This document shows positions 1 through 13,680 of a stretch of 64,000 nt of DNA, piece by piece. The DNA lies in NCBI GenBank assembly GCA_002269645.1, contig NIVC01002975.1:63999-127998 (forward strand). The letters run 5' to 3'. The notes under the pieces were generated by a model, which saw only the letters and a list, made by a program, of their open reading frames with translations, was not told where the DNA came from and searched no databases. The stretch comes from Macrostomum lignano. Its lineage: Eukaryota. Numbering within the stretch: position 1 is the first letter of the stretch; every line of letters starts with the position of its first letter. The translations under genes were made by a program, and so were the position numbers.

Positions 1-3000
1 GCTCTACCTGGTTGCCTAGCGCAAGCCCGTTGAGCTGGGTGTTGCAGTCCAGGACGGACCTGGAGCTGGTGGTGCAGCGGCAGAGGGCCCGAAGGGCTGC
101 TTGGCTGTCAGAGTGAAAAATAAGCTTCCGACCGCTAAGCTGCCTTCGGCGCAGTTCTGCCGCGCAGGAGCTGATGGCAAGCACCTCGCTCTGAAAAACA
201 CTGGAGTTGAGCCCAGTGTGCTGGGAGTAGCTCCACGCCACTTCTCCCTTGAAGAAGACGCACGCTCCGAAGCCTGAAAGACCATGCTTCATAGAGCCGT
301 CAGTGTAACAGTGGACTTCAGAATCGCTCCAGCTGTCACTCGCCTCATGTCGAGGCTGAATAGTGACCTTATACCTTTGGCTCAGGAGAAGGGTGGCTGG
401 GATCGAGTCCGAGAGGATGTTGAGCCCGCCACATTCTTCTAGAGCCTTTAGGCAGAGGTCAGAGTGCGGGATAAGCGACCGCTTCTTAAAGGCCCGCACT
501 TTCTTGAAGGCCACCCCAGCATCCAGAAGACGCCGGGTGCTCTTCGCCGCCTCTCCTTTGATATAAATATCCAGAGGAGGGGCACAGAGGAAGGCATTCA
601 TGCCTTCAAAAGGAGTAGAGGGTGGAGCGCCCATAGTCATGCGGCAGGCTCTGCCCTGGATTTTGTAGAGAGCGTCGAGGTTACTCTTGACGCCCAGACC
701 GCTAGCCCACACGAGGCTGGCGTAACTGATCGAGGGGCGGATGATTGCAGTGTAAATCCACCACAGCTTCCTGGGGGTGAGCCCCCAGGTGGTGCCCACG
801 GCGCGCCTGATCTGAGCCAGGACAGCCAGGGCTTTTTTAGCTTTAGTTTGAATGTGCGGAGTCCAGTTGAGCCTGTGGTCCAGAGTGAGGCCCAGGCAGC
901 GGACCTGCTTCTCCATGGAAATGTTCTTTCCATAGAGGGTGAGAGGCTTAATGGTCCAGAGCAGTTTGTTGGTAAACATGACCGCTGTGGTTTTCGACTC
1001 TGAGAGTCTAAGGCCACATTGGTTTGCCCAACGCTCCGCTCGTCCCAGAAAGCCCTGCAGAAGATCTCTGATGGTGTCAACCGAGGGGCCCGCACAGATC
1101 GCGGTCACGTCATCGGCATAGCCCACCTTGAGAATGGGGTCGTGGAGATCACTGCAAAGCAGCTCATCCATGACCATGTTCCAGAGAACGGGGGTGAGAA
1201 CTCCGCCCTGGGGGCCCCCTTTTTGGACAGGCGCCGAAAGAGAGCTGCCGTTCAGGTGGGCCACAACAGTGCGGTTCCGGATCATGAACATGATCCACCG
1301 GACAAGGTGAGGGTGCGTGGCCCTGGATTCCAGGGCTCTGCAAAAGGCCTCGAAGATGACGTTGTCGAAGGCCCCCTCAATGTCCAGAAAAAGCGAGAGG
1401 GCAAAGCCGCTGCCAAGAACGGCCCTCTCCAGGAAGTCAACAATGACATGGAGGGCACTCTCGGTAGACCTGCCCGCGCGGAAGGCGTGCTGGTTCTGCG
1501 AGAGTGGGAAGCGCTTCAGCTCGACTGAAAGTAGGCGCCAGAGCACCAGTCTCTCGAGGAGCTTGAGGCAGAAAGAAGTGAGGCTGATAGGCCTGAAGGC
1601 CTTCACCGATTGGTAATCGCTCTTTCCAGGCTTGGGGATAAAGACCACCCGGGCCTCTCTCCACGCAACTGGTACAAAGCCCAGTTCCACACAAGCTCGG
1701 AGGAGACGACAGAGCAGGTCCAGGAAGCGGTGGTTTTTCGCCGCCTCGTGCAAGAACGCTGGGTAGATGCCGTCGGGCCCAGGCGCCTTGAACGGGTTAA
1801 AGGACCTTGCCGCTCTAATAATGCGGTCTTTGGTGATTATAGACTTTGCTAGGCCTTGCCCTCCCACTGTGTGGTCAGGCGGGCCCTGCTGAGTCGGAGA
1901 TTTAGGGAAGAAACTGTTGAGCATTAGCTCCAGAGTCTCTTCAGAGCTCCCTGTGACCGAGCCGTCAGGTCTCTTTACAACAGAGAGTTTAGAAAAACGG
2001 TCATTCGTGAGTGCCTTAACCACGCGGGCTACGGGGCGAGAGCCCTCAAGCCCTTCGCAGTATTGGCGCCACTTGGCCGTCTTGGCCCTTCTGACTTGGC
2101 CCTTAAACTCGTGGATCGCACGGGTATAGGCCTCTCTGTCAGATGGGTCTTTGGTTTTGAGCGCTCGCCTTTGGAGGGTCCTGGCTCGGCGCCGAAGGGC
2201 CCCGAGCTCTGGGTTCCACCAGGGAGCAGATTTCTTGCCTTTATAGGCTTTTAGAGGGCAGGCTGCTTCAAAGGCAGTGGTGATCGCCCCACTCAGGGAG
2301 GAGGCGAGATCATCCACCACATGGCAGTCAGAGAGGTCACTGGGGGGGTCAAGATCCCGAAGGCCGCGGCTCAGCTTCGAGCCAAAGGCGGCCCAATCGG
2401 TGTTCCTGACGTTCCGACTCCAAGTGACCTTAGGCTTTTGCTTGGTCGGCCCAATGCAAAAGCGGATAAAGCGGTGGTCCGAGAGCGAGTCCTCGTCCCA
2501 CACTCGCCAGCCCGTAACTGCGGAAAGCAGTCCGGGTGAGGCGATGGTGGTGTCGATGACTTCGGCCCACCGCCCATTATTGAACGTTGGTGCATTGCCC
2601 ACGTTACAGAAATTGAGGTTAGTGCTGCTGACATAGGCCAGCAGCTCCTCGCCTCTGCTATTGATGTTTTTGCTGCCCCAATGCAGGTGGTGTGCGTTCA
2701 CATCCCCGGCAATGAGCAGCTCGAACCGATGGGACGCAGCATAGTCAATAAGGTTGACTAACGCGTCGCAGACTACTGGGGCATCGCCCGGGAAATAGGC
2801 AGAAGCTACCAGCACAGGTTTATTTGGAATGAAGTTATTGATTTGAACAACACAGATGTCCCCAGTCGAGAGATCAGGTCTCATCCATGTCTCAAAAGCT
2901 TTTGCAGCAAAGACCAGAGATCTTGGGCGGTGTCCGCCATGCAAAAACAGTGGTAGCCAGATGGCACATTATTTGGCTTACCTTTAGTCATCCAGGGCTC

Positions 3001-3111
3001 CTGTACGAAGACCAGGCCCGGAAGCTGTTGCTCTGTCGTGCGCATCAGGTTGACTGACGACGCCACGCAGTGCTGGGTGTTGATCTGCAGACACCAGGTA
3101 GCCGCTGGCAT
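1..3111 (-). CDS. Retrotransposon ORF2 (endonuclease/reverse transcriptase/RNase H), one -1 frameshift near 2941, open off the left edge
   Basis: ATG at 3111. Frame changes near 2941 (..HCFC / HGGHRPRSLVF..). The post-shift APE, YADD and YTDGS motifs share one frame, and the ORF track shows no stop-terminated ORF in that frame, consistent with ~980 open codons (not checked codon by codon). Confidence 0.85.
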
Positions 3112-3306
3112 CAGTGCAGATCGGGCGTTGCAGCCGCCAGGAGTTCCTCCTCCTCCTCGGCGCTCACCGGCTTCGGGTCGGGGTCGCCGGTATCCATGGG
3201 CTCTTCTTCAGCAAAAGGCCCCCGATTGGCTGGAAGGCAGTAGGCAGCGTTCGCCGCCCTTTGCCCACCATCCATGGGGTCCTCCGCCTCAGATTGGCCC
3301 AGATTG
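3111..3306 (-). CDS. C-terminal remnant of retrotransposon ORF1
   Basis: Open frame NLGQSEAEDPMD...AAATPDLH* whose TGA (3113-3111) overlaps the ORF2 ATG (TGATG); upstream it runs into the 12-bp satellite. Confidence 0.55.
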
Positions 3307-3896
3307 GGTATCCTACAGGGTATCCCACAGGGTATCCCACAGGGTATCCCACAGGGTATCCCACAGGGTATCCCACAGGGTATCCCACAGGGTATCCCAC
3401 AGGGTATCCCACAGGGTATCCCACAGGGTATCCCACAGGGTATCCCACAGGGTATCCCACAGGGTATCCCACAGGGTATCCCACAGGGTATCCCACAGGG
3501 TATCCCACAGGGTATCCCACAGGGTATCCCACAGGGTATCCCACAGGGTATCCCACAGGGTATCCCACAGGGTATCCCACAGGGTATCCCACAGGGTATC
3601 CCACAGGGTATCCCACAGGGTATCCCACAGGGTATCCCACAGGGTATCCCACAGGGTATCCCACAGGGTATCCCACAGGGTATCCCACAGGGTATCCCAC
3701 AGGGTATCCCACAGGGTATCCCACAGGGTATCCCACAGGGTATCCTATAGAGTATCCCACAGGGTATCCCATAGAGTATCCCACAGGGTATCCCATAGGG
3801 TATCTCACAGGGTATCCCACAGGGTATCCCAAAGGGTATCCCACAGGGTATCCCACAGGGTATCCCACAAAGTATCCCACAGGGTATCACATAGGG
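3306..3896. repeat. 12-bp minisatellite (GGGTATCCCACA)n, ~49 copies
   Basis: Directly visible; homogeneous centre, variant copies at the ends. Confidence 0.98.
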
Positions 3897-3898
3897 TC

Positions 3899-4037
3899 TA
3901 CAGCATCTTCCCAAACACTGTCAGCACCTACTCAAACACTGTCAGCATCTACTCAAACATTGCCAGCATCTACTCAAACACTTTCAGCATCAACTCAAAC
4001 ATTGTCAGCATCTACTCAAACGCTGTCAGCAACTACT
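3899..4037. repeat. 21-bp tandem repeat (CAGCATCTACTCAAACACTGT), ~6-7 copies
   Basis: Directly visible. Confidence 0.9.
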
Positions 4038-4781
4038 CTAATACTACTTAAAATGAGTACTCATTAATCTGAACAGACAAATAAGTTGAAAAACTACCAT
4101 AAAGTACGAATTGTAATTGATTAAAACAAAATTAACTGATAAATTTTCCATAGCACATTTACATAGTCGCGTTTATTAAAAGCAATATTGGCCCACAAAA
4201 AGCAACAAAAAAGATTAACAATTCAACAACATCAAAAGGAAATATTTACCAAGTTTATGCAAAGCAATGGTGCATTTTAAGCAAAATCGAGCATCAAAAA
4301 CACTGTACTGGATAAGAAAATCATAAATATAAGATGAAGCATTGTCTGTTTTCTTGAGGTCCTTCATTGTGTTCTCAATGTGCCTAATCAGGCATATCAA
4401 AAAATATTCAAGATAAAATTGCTTATAGAAGAGAGCAAGGATAGCACAGCTATGTACATATTGTGTACTTCAAGAAGCGTCCGCATCAAGGAACCTGGAT
4501 AATAGTAATCAGAAATTCCGATTCAAAAAGTCAATATAGATACAGTTGTACATTTACATCGAAATGATAGTTTTGTATAATTTAGCATGGGGTGCAAAAG
4601 AAAAAGCAAATCAACATTCGAGCGTATCTACAAAAAATTTTAAAAAAGGACAAATCAAACAATTTTTTCGAAACTAAACAAAATATGTGCTATTCTCTTT
4701 CGCATAGTGCTACTTACAACCAGTCATGTAGTAGCGTATACTGCGCATACGCGTCTCTTTTTTGTTAAAAATGAGTTTGAT

Positions 4782-4895
4782 TTAGTTGAAGAATGAGCGC
4801 AGCAGGCGGTAGGCGGCGAGGCCCAGCAGCGAGGCGGCGGCTCCGGCGGCCAAGCGGCGAATCAGGCGGGGCGGATCGCGGCTGAGGGCGGCCAG
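4782..4895 (-). CDS. Bcl-2 family (Bax-like) gene, exon 4: C-terminal membrane anchor
   Basis: Polypyrimidine tract and CAG acceptor at 4897-4896, phase 0; LAALSRDPPRLIRRLAAGAAASLLGLAAYRLLRSFFN*; phase matches exon 3. Confidence 0.75.
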   Translation of the reverse strand: MAALSRDPPRLIRRLAAGAAASLLGLAAYRLLRSFFN

Positions 4896-4994
4896 CTGCG
4901 GAGGGGGGGGGGGTAAATGGGGGAGAGTGAGGCTTGCGTTGATCAGAGGAGTAGCTGATGAGAACTGCGCGCCATATCTTGGATTTGTATGATG

Positions 4995-5795
4995 CTCTAC
5001 TCCATTCAACTCGAGTTCTACTCCATTCTATTCCAGTTCTATTCCATTCTATTCCAGTTCTACTCCATTCTATTCCTGTTCTACTCGGTTCTATTCCAGT
5101 TCTATTCCATTCTATTCCAGTTCTACTCCATTCTATTTCAGTTCTACTCCATTCTATTCCAGTTCTACTCGATTCTATTCCAGTTCTACTCGATTCTATT
5201 CCAGTTCTAATCGGTTCTATTCCAGTTCTACTCGATTCTATTCCAGTTCTACTCGATTCTATTCCAGTTCTACTCGGTTCTATTCCAGTTCTATTCCATT
5301 CTATTCCAGTTCTACTCCATTCTATTTCAGTTCTACTCCATTCTATTCCAGTTCTACTCGATTCTATTCCAGTTCTACTCGGTTCTATTCCAGTTCTATT
5401 CCATTCTATTCCAGTTCTACTCCATTCTATTTCAGTTCTACTCCATTCTATTCCAGTTCTATTCCATTCTATTCCAGTTCTACTCCATTCTATTTCAGTT
5501 CTACTCCATTCTATTCCAGTTCTACTCCATTCTATTCCATTCTATTCCAGTTCTACTCCGATTCTATTTCAATTCTATTCCAGTTCTACTCCGATTCTAT
5601 TTCAATTCTATTCCAGTTCTACTCCGATTCTATTTCAATTCTATTTCAGGTCAACTCCATTCTATTTCAATTCTATTTCAGGTCAACTCCATTCTATTTC
5701 AATTCTATTTGAGGTCAACTCCATTCTATTTCAATTCTATTTGAGGTCAACTCCATTCTATTTCAATTCTATTTCAGGTCAACTCCATTCTATTC
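4995..5795. repeat. ~21-bp AT-rich tandem repeat (TTCTATTCCAGTTCTACTCCA and variants)
   Basis: Directly visible. Confidence 0.95.
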
Positions 5796-7111
5796 CACCG
5801 AGACACGCGAAGCAAAAGTGAGGTGTGCCAGACGACCCTTGAAGGAGTTGGGAGTCTGGGAATCGGTGGGACAATAATCCCACTGGACTTGCTAATCCCC
5901 CGCCTAGACTTTGTCTCCGCCTATCCGACTGCGGCATCTGCCGGTTCCCAACTAGAAAAGGGGGAAGTCAAGCGAATGCTTTGAGCATCGCACAGAAATC
6001 CCCAGGCAGCCAATCCCTGCGTTTTTAAGCCGCAAGAAAAATCTTCAAATGGGAGGCTTTGGGATTCCAACCGAAACTCAACAGCTATCTACCAGAAAGG
6101 ATTTTTCTTCCCATTCTCCCCCATTGACCACGTGTCGCCCGGGATACTACAAAGAATTCTATTATAGGCGATAATTTGCTTCTAAAAGCAGAAGACAATA
6201 GTAGGCCTCTAAAGAAAGACAGATTAGAATCAAAGGAAAACATTGTTAATGAGAGCGGCGCCTGGTCTGAACACGCGCTGAGGTCCTTAATTAGGTTATC
6301 GATGAGTTTTTTAGCAGGATGACTGACTGACTGACTTAGATAATCCCCATCGACACCACACTGCTAGCCGTGCACCGAAAGAAATCTTCCCATCAGTAGA
6401 TGCTATAAGAATCTCAAACAGAACAGATTAACAAAGAGTGCCCACTTCAACAGTGGGATTACGAGCTTGGCACACGCGAGCACACAGGGCTGAGGCCTCC
6501 TCCTCCCAGTTGGAGTATTTGGGTGTTAATTGCCGACTTAACAAGTAAGCGACAGAGAGAGAGAAGAGAGGAAGACAGACAGAATGGGGAAAAGTGAAAA
6601 TGACGTTTGCGGGAGTTAAGCAATTGACCTCCATCCCCGGCCCTATTGAGCGAGCCAGCGAGTTCGAGTGCAGCTATGGCGCAACGCCTTCCATGGGAGA
6701 GTTTGTTTAAAGCTGACAAACAGGCAGGAAGGGGTTGGTGACGCAATCTCAGCTGGATAGACGGGAACTGAGGTGACGCGCTCAGAGTTTCACATCCGGA
6801 GTGCCCGTGTGACGCAACGCAACAAGGGAGGGCAGGCGAATTGTCGTTAAACAGGTAGGGGTGTTGCACACGCGACGGTGGAAGACTCTCCAGGGAGAAG
6901 CTGGCTGACCAGGCAGTGTGAGACAACAGGATGACTTGTGGCCAGCGCTCCTGTGTCACCTGCTGTCTTCATGGCACTTCAATGCTATTGTGTGCCAATG
7001 TCTAGTACACGTATGGCCTTTCACTGCCGCCGAGCTTTGTCTGCGGCATGCGGCTTGTGCCACTTTCATCTATTGACCACAGTGCCACTCTCTTCCACTC
7101 TCCTCTCACTT

Positions 7112-7497
7112 CCCTGCCCTGATTCTTCTCTTTCTTCCCTGCCCTGACTCTCCTCTCTCTTCCCTGCCCTGATTCTTCTCTTTCTTCCCTGCCCTGACTC
7201 TCCTCTCACTTCCCTGCCCTGACTCTCCTCTCTCTTCCCTGCCCTGACTCTCCTCTCACTTCCCTGCCCTGACTCTCCTCTGCAGACTCTCTCTACTCTC
7301 TGCAGACTCTTTCTAATCTCTGCAGACTCTTTCTACTCTCTGCAGACTCTTTCTACTCTCTGCAGACTCTCTCTACTCTCTGCAGACTCTTTCTACTCTC
7401 TGCAGACTCTTTCTACTCTCTGCAGACTCTTTCTACTCTCTGCAGACTCTCTCTCTACTCTCTGCTGACTCTCTCTACTCTCTGCAGACTCTCTCTC
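7112..7497. repeat. Adjacent 25-bp (TTCCCTGCCCTGACTCTCCTCTCAC) and 20-bp (TGCAGACTCTTTCTACTCTC) arrays
   Basis: Directly visible. Confidence 0.92.
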
Positions 7498-9038
7498 TCC
7501 CTTCAATATTCTTTTAACTTGCTGAAGATTGAAACATTTTTTAAACCTGTTTGTTTGTGTCCCTGTTGTATGTTTACATTTCCAAGGGGTTTTTCTTTAC
7601 CGATTGGATGATCGTTAAATATAATCCATTGAGATATGCCGAAAAAACACTCACTTAAATCTCATCATAAACAGCCTCAGAAAACCTACGCACAGATTGG
7701 CAAAAATAATTTCTACTGACGATACAAAATTGTTTCGAAACAGATTGCCGCAATTGTTGAAGCAACACCGCGACTGCGCTGCAATCTGTGATTTATTGAT
7801 AACGGCTTCGATTGTCGAGAGGTTAGGCGGGAGGATGTACACAAATAGTCGATGGGTCCGCCATCACCCGCCCCCCATTGTTAGAGACAGGAGCGGCAGC
7901 GGCGGCAGCAGCCGGGGTCAGAAAATGCCCGACCAGATTGGGAGAAACTCAATCCCGGGGGCACACAGCCATCATAGCGCCCGCCAAGAATTAGGGGCTG
8001 GGGGTTCAGGGGATTCGATTTCAACCAGTCCCGACACTGTGGGAGGCCTTCAATAAAAATATCTCCCATTGCTACTCAAAGAGCGCAGCGGGCGGGCGAG
8101 CTTTGACTAAAAAAATCCCCCCCCCCGATGAAGCAGCGGGAGTAGGGAATCAGTTGGGGGGGGGAAGAATGAGTGAGGGGATATTTTCCTCTCCGTGTGC
8201 GAGCAGTCACGTCTCCCCTTTTTTGCGGTCCGGTTCGCAGGCACCCTGCAATTTTCCTGGCCGAGAAGAAATCCTCAGGCTTTAACTTTCTTCCCCATCA
8301 GAATCTGGAGTTGCTGTCGTTTCCGCTCTGTTTGCCATTCTGTCTTCCCCCCCCCGCTAACTGCATCCGAGAGATCCCATGGGAGGCGCTGCCCGACACA
8401 GCACAGCCTGTTGTGTGCGAGAGTAGATATTGGCGGTTAATTTCTCTCTCTTTTTGCCTTGTGCCCAGCTTCCCAAGTCTCTTCATCCCCTCCCTCCTCA
8501 GCCAGCTCAGCTCTTAGGCAGGCGGGGCAGAAGATTGAATTGAATAGAAAGAGAGATGGAGGATTTAAGCAATGCGGGGCTGGCCAGGGGAAGGGGTTAG
8601 AGATGATGATGCTGTCTGGCCCGTGTGGAGCCTGGGTCTGCGGTGTCACGCAAGGACCCGGAGAAGCTATCAGGGGGGATGACAGGCATGTGAGAGAGTG
8701 AGCAGTGCTCAAACACACACATTATGCCAATATAATCTTCTACACTTAGTTGCGCCTTCCTCCTCTTTGGTTTTCAGTTTCCCTTCTTCCTTCATCTTTC
8801 TCCGTGTCGACTTTTTTTTCTCATCCCCCGACCCTCCATGCCCCAGAGATTTTCCTGTCCCGGCAGAAGCGAAATTATTTTTACAAAAAAAGCACGCTGC
8901 TCCGCTAATCCCATCATCTCGGGGACTCGAGTGGCCGGAGCCGCAGACAGATATTTCCCCACATTGAGGGGGAAAGAGATGTGGCAGTTCGCGTTTGATA
9001 GAGGCAAAGTGGAAATGAGGATGAATTAGGAGTGAATG

Positions 9039-9083
<45 letters not shown>

Positions 9084-11104
9084 CTCTGTCTCCGCCAGCC
9101 ACTTCCTCAATGCCGAATTTTTCTCCCATCTGCCCCAATCCCCTCCTCAATGTTGAAGCTGCTGGCTATTCCCAAATAAAGCTGAGACCCAGAATTATCG
9201 ATCCCAGCTCAATACCCGCGGGCGACTAAAAAAAACTTGCCTTGATCCTTTTTACTGTTGCTGGGAAAATCCAGACACTCTGGCAACTCTGGGATCTTTG
9301 GGGGGGGGGGTAGGAATATAGCAGTGGCGCCTGTCATCGCCCCCCCCCTTAGTCATTTTATTAGCATTTTACCGGCTCACGGGGCAAGGAAAATCATAAT
9401 TTTCAAGCAAACAGGCGGCTACAGACCGACCGGCTAATCCTCTCACTTTGATGCCGGAGTCTCAACCCCTCCCCTACCCGAAAATTGCTGCTGCTGTGGG
9501 ATAATTAAACCAAGCAGCGACTCTCTCACCCAACCCTAATCTTGCGGGCACGGAGGATTTCTCTGAAACTCTTCTCTCCGATTTTTTACAGATAGTTGGC
9601 CGCCTGGCAGGAAACGGTCTCCCTTATCTCATTTCTCCCACTCCCTGAATCCCCAAACATTTGCTAGAATTAATCAGTCTCTCCCCCTGCCTCCAGCCGC
9701 CTGTCGGAGTTGCCATGCTCAAAAGTCGATAAAAAGTGGCTGTCTTTTCTTCTGAGAAATTTGAGCATAAAAAATTTATGACCTCCCACCAGAAGAGCCA
9801 TATTTTTGGGATCTGGCAATTAATGGCATCGATTGTCCTCAAAATGAAGCCGACAATTGCTGGCTCAGAATCAATAATAGCTCGAGAGATTTAATATACA
9901 AAAAACGCTTCCATGGCAACACAGAGACGCAGGTGAAAAAATTGACACCTGATTTCAAAAAAATAATTTTTTTCTACGACTCTAATCTGTTTAGATAGGA
10001 CTTGACAATAAAAAATCTGATTGGATAATTGCGCTTATTATCTGCCATAGAGATAAAATGACCAACACAGCTTGCTGGCCACAGGCGCGCTGCGGGGCGC
10101 CACCAGAGCTCAAGACAATTTACAATGGACCCCCCGCCGAGTGTGGGGCTCGCGCAAATTCCTAGATAAACATTTCTTAGAAAACAGAAAACAGCCACAG
10201 GATGACGAGGCTGAAGAATTAGCCCCGGGAATGACGCAATTGAAGATCCTGGCCCCCAAAAATAAGGCAAGCGCAGTTCGGCGGGTGAGCAGGGGGGGGG
10301 GGCTTCTCTCTGTTAAAACAGCGACAGATTTGGAATTCGGGTTTCAACTGATAAGCGGGGGACGGGGGGCGGTCAAGTGTGGGCGAAAATTGATCAGATA
10401 GAGGTGGGGATGAGGAACCCCGTCTCCCCTGAAGCCCCCGAGGGCAGAGTTCGGCTGTGGCCATACGCTGTGCTGCGGGCAGCATAATAACAGACTGTTG
10501 CTGCAGTCCGTGATTTCCCCAAAATACTTCAGCCGCCCTCCAGCTCAACTCCGCCCCCACCCGGCCCTTGAAAACCTGCTAATTACTGTGGCTAACTGTG
10601 GGATTAATCTCCCAAATGCCTGCGGGGCGATTCCCCGAACCCCATCGAAGTGCTTGCGTGCCAGACTCCGCCGCTTGAGTTGCCGCCATCCCCGTAGCCT
10701 CCTTCATCATGGGATTAAATCCCCCCCAACCCAACTGAGGAATTCAAAATCGGCCCACCTGCAACAAGTGCTCTACTCGCGCTTGCAAATAGAAGCAGCA
10801 AAAAGTCAGAAATTAAACACGAAACAAAAAAGCGAAACTCGGGCGCAATTCAAGTAGAATCCACTATTTTCTAATTGATCTCACTCTGTCCCTTGCTTCA
10901 CCGACTCCCACTCTGCAGTTTCACAACCGACTTGTTGTTTGAGTTGAGTTTGAAAAGGCTGAATAACTGCTCCCCAAAATTCTGTGTTTCGAGCTGCCAA
11001 TTGCTTCCAGATGCTTAGCTTTGGCTTAATTTATACCCGCCCGGGTCCTCTGCGCTCCTACAAACCCTAGGAGGCACGCCTCACTCCATGGCTTACTGAC
11101 TCTG

Positions 11105-12615
11105 CTTTCCCTGATTCCCCTCTCTCTTATCTCTGCCGCTCTCTGATTCCCCTCTCTTATCTCCGCCGCTCTCTGATTCCCCTCTCTCTTATCTCTGCCG
11201 CTCTCTGATCCCCCTCTCTCTTATCTCTGCCGCTCTCTGATCCTCCCTCTCTTATCTCTGCCGCTCTCTGATCCTCCCTCTCTTATCTCTGCCGCTCTCT
11301 GATCCTCCCTCTCTTATCTCTGCCGCTCTCTGATCCCCCTCTCTCTTATCTCTGCCGCTCTCTGATCCTCCCTCTCTCTTATCTCTGCCGCTCTCTGATC
11401 CTCCCTCTCTTATCTCTGCCGCTCTCTGATTCCCCCCTCTCTTATCTCTGCCGCTCTCTGATCCCCCCTCTCTCTTATCTCTGCCGCTCTCTGATCCTCC
11501 CTCTCTCTTATCTCTGCCGCTCTCTGATCCTCCCTCTCTGATCTCTGCCGCTCTCTGATTCCCCCCTCTCTGATCTCTGCCGCTCTCTGATCCTCCCTCT
11601 CTTATCTCTGCCGCTCTCTGATTCCCCCCTCTCTTATCTCTGCCGCTCTCTGATTCCTCCCTCTCTGATCTCTGCCGCTCTCTGATTCCCCCTCTCTCTT
11701 ATCTCTGCCGCTCTCTGATTCCCCCTCTCTCTGATCTCTGCCGCTCTCTGATTCCCCCTCTCTGATCTCTGCCGCTCTCTGATTCCCCCTCTCTCTGATC
11801 TCTGCCGCTCTCTGATTCCCCCCTCTCTGATCTCTGCCGCTCTCTGATCCCCCCTCTCTCTTATCTCTGCCGCTCTCTGATCCTCCCTCTCTTATCTCTG
11901 CCGCTCTCTGATCCCCCCTCTCTCTTATCTCTGCCGCTCTCTGATTCCCCCTCTCTTATCTCTGCCGCTCTCTGATTCCCCCCTCTCTGATCTCTGCCGC
12001 TCTCTGATTCCCCCCTCTCTGATCTCTGCCGCTCTCTGATTCCCCCCTCTCTGATCTCTGCCGCTCTCTGATTCCCCCCTCTCTGATCTCTGCCGCTCTC
12101 TGATCCTCCCTCTCTTATCTCTGCCGCTCTCTGATTCCCCCCTCTCTTATCTCTGCCGCTCTCTGATTCCCCCCTCTCTGATCTCTGCCGCTCTCTGATT
12201 CCCCCCTCTCTGATCTCTGCCGCTCTCTGATTCCCCCTCTCTCTGATCTCTGCCGCTCTCTGATTCCCCCCTCTCTGATCTCTGCCGCTCTCTGATTCCC
12301 CCTCTCTCTGATCTCTGCCGCTCTCTGATTCCCCCCTCTCTTATCTCTGCCGCTCTCTGATTCCCCCTCTCTCTGATCTCTGCCGCTCTCTGATTCCCCC
12401 TCTCTTATCTCTGCCGCTCTCTGATTCCCCCTCTCTCTGATCTCTGCCGCTCTCTGATTCCCCCCTCTCTTATCTCTGCCGCTCTCTGATTCCCCCTCTC
12501 TCTGATCTCTGCCGCTCTCTGATTCCCCCCTCTCTTATCTCTGCCGCTCTCTGATTCCCCCTCTCTTATCTCTGCCGCTCTCTGATTCCCCCTCTCTCTT
12601 ATCTCTGCTGCTCTC
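11105..12615. repeat. ~31-33-bp pyrimidine-rich minisatellite (CTCTGCCGCTCTCTGATTCCCCCTCTCTTAT)
   Basis: Directly visible. Confidence 0.96.
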
Positions 12616-12656
12616 TTTCATCTATCTCTCCTTCAACCCCTCTGCCCCTCACTCAC

Positions 12657-12887
12657 CCAGCCTCCCTGCAGAGTGACCCAGCAGGCCACGCGGTGCCGCA
12701 CGAAGGCCAGCGACCAGGCCAGGAGGCGGCGGAACCAGTTCACGCCGAATTCCAGCAGGCCGCGGATGGCCACATCGGAGCAGAAGAAGAACAGCACGAC
12801 AACTCGCTCGCGGGTGACGCCGCCGCGAAAGAAGAGCTCGGTGAGTAGGGCGTCGAAATCGGCCGCCGTGATCTGCTGGACTGGCAC
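12657..12887 (-). CDS. Bcl-2 family gene, exon 3 (BH1 and BH2)
   Basis: tttcctgccccAG acceptor and GTGAGT donor, phase 0/0; ELFFRGGVTRERVVVLFFF (BH1-like) and WVTLQGGW (BH2). Confidence 0.88.
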
Positions 12888-13064
12888 CTGGGGCAGGAAA
12901 TTTGGTGAAACTGAAGTAATGAGATTGCTGGATGATTTTTACTTTGAGACCGGTTGAGCCTTTAATGCAAAGCAGGGATATCTTTGCTATCTGTTGCTTT
13001 GTCTCTTAATTTCTAAGCCTTGAAAATATTCCTCAGATTTTATTCGTTACCTCTCCCACTCTCC

Positions 13065-13680
13065 CTTCCTGGCTACCTCTCTACTCTATCTCTTCCTAGC
13101 TACCTCTCTACTCTATCTCTTCCTAGCTACCTCTCTACTCTATCTCTTCCTATCTACCTCTCCCACTCTACCTCTTCCTAGCTACCTCTCTACTCTACCT
13201 CTTCCTATCTACCTCTCTACTCTATCTCTTCCTAGCTACCTCTCTACTCTATCTCTTCCTAGCTACCTCTCTACTCTATCTCTTCCTAGCTACCTCTCTA
13301 CTCTATCTCTTCCTAGCTACCTCTCCCACTCTACCTCTTCCTAGCTACCTCTCTACTCTACCTCTTCCTATCTACCTCTCTACTCTATCTCTTCCTAGCT
13401 ACCTCTCTACTCTATCTCTTCCTAGCTACCTCTCTACTCTATCTCTTCCTAGCTACCTCTCTACTCTATCTCTTCCTAGCTACCTTTCTACTCTACCTTT
13501 TCCTAGCTACCTCTCTACTCTATCTCTTCCTATCTACCTCTCCCACTCTACCTCTTCCTAGCTACCTCTCTACTCTATCTCTTCCTATCTACCTCTCCCA
13601 CTCTACCTCTTCCTAGCTACCTCTCTACTCTATCTCTTCCTATCTACCTCTCCCACTCTACCTCTTTCTATCTACCTCTA
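13065..13680. repeat. 27-bp minisatellite (TAGCTACCTCTCTACTCTATCTCTTCC)
   Basis: Directly visible; shares a TAGCTAC core with the 19490-19860 array. Confidence 0.95.

Larger units (their letters stand above)
1..3306 (-). mobile_element. Non-LTR retrotransposon (I-group, LOA/R1-like; APE-RT-RNase H), 5'-truncated within ORF1, 3' end beyond window
   Basis: Manual minus-strand translation gives APE motifs (LQINTQH, VQEPW, GDVNAHHLHWGS), RT YADD (plus 1109-1120), WGLTPRKLWWIYTAIIRPSISYASLVW and RNase H YTDGS (plus ~293-307). Clade assignment is from recalled motif similarity. Confidence 0.9.

Noticed and set aside
363-2636. Plus-strand ORFs over the retrotransposon
   Set aside because: Antisense shadows of the GC-rich RT ORF.
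3038-4067. Long ORFs of GYPT/RVSH/GIPQ/CGIP repeats
   Set aside because: Translations of the stop-free 12-bp satellite in several frames and both strands; no coding evidence.
5800-11100. Many short ORFs in the GC-rich part of Bcl-2-like intron 3
   Set aside because: No domains, no consistent splice phases and no terminal repeats found.
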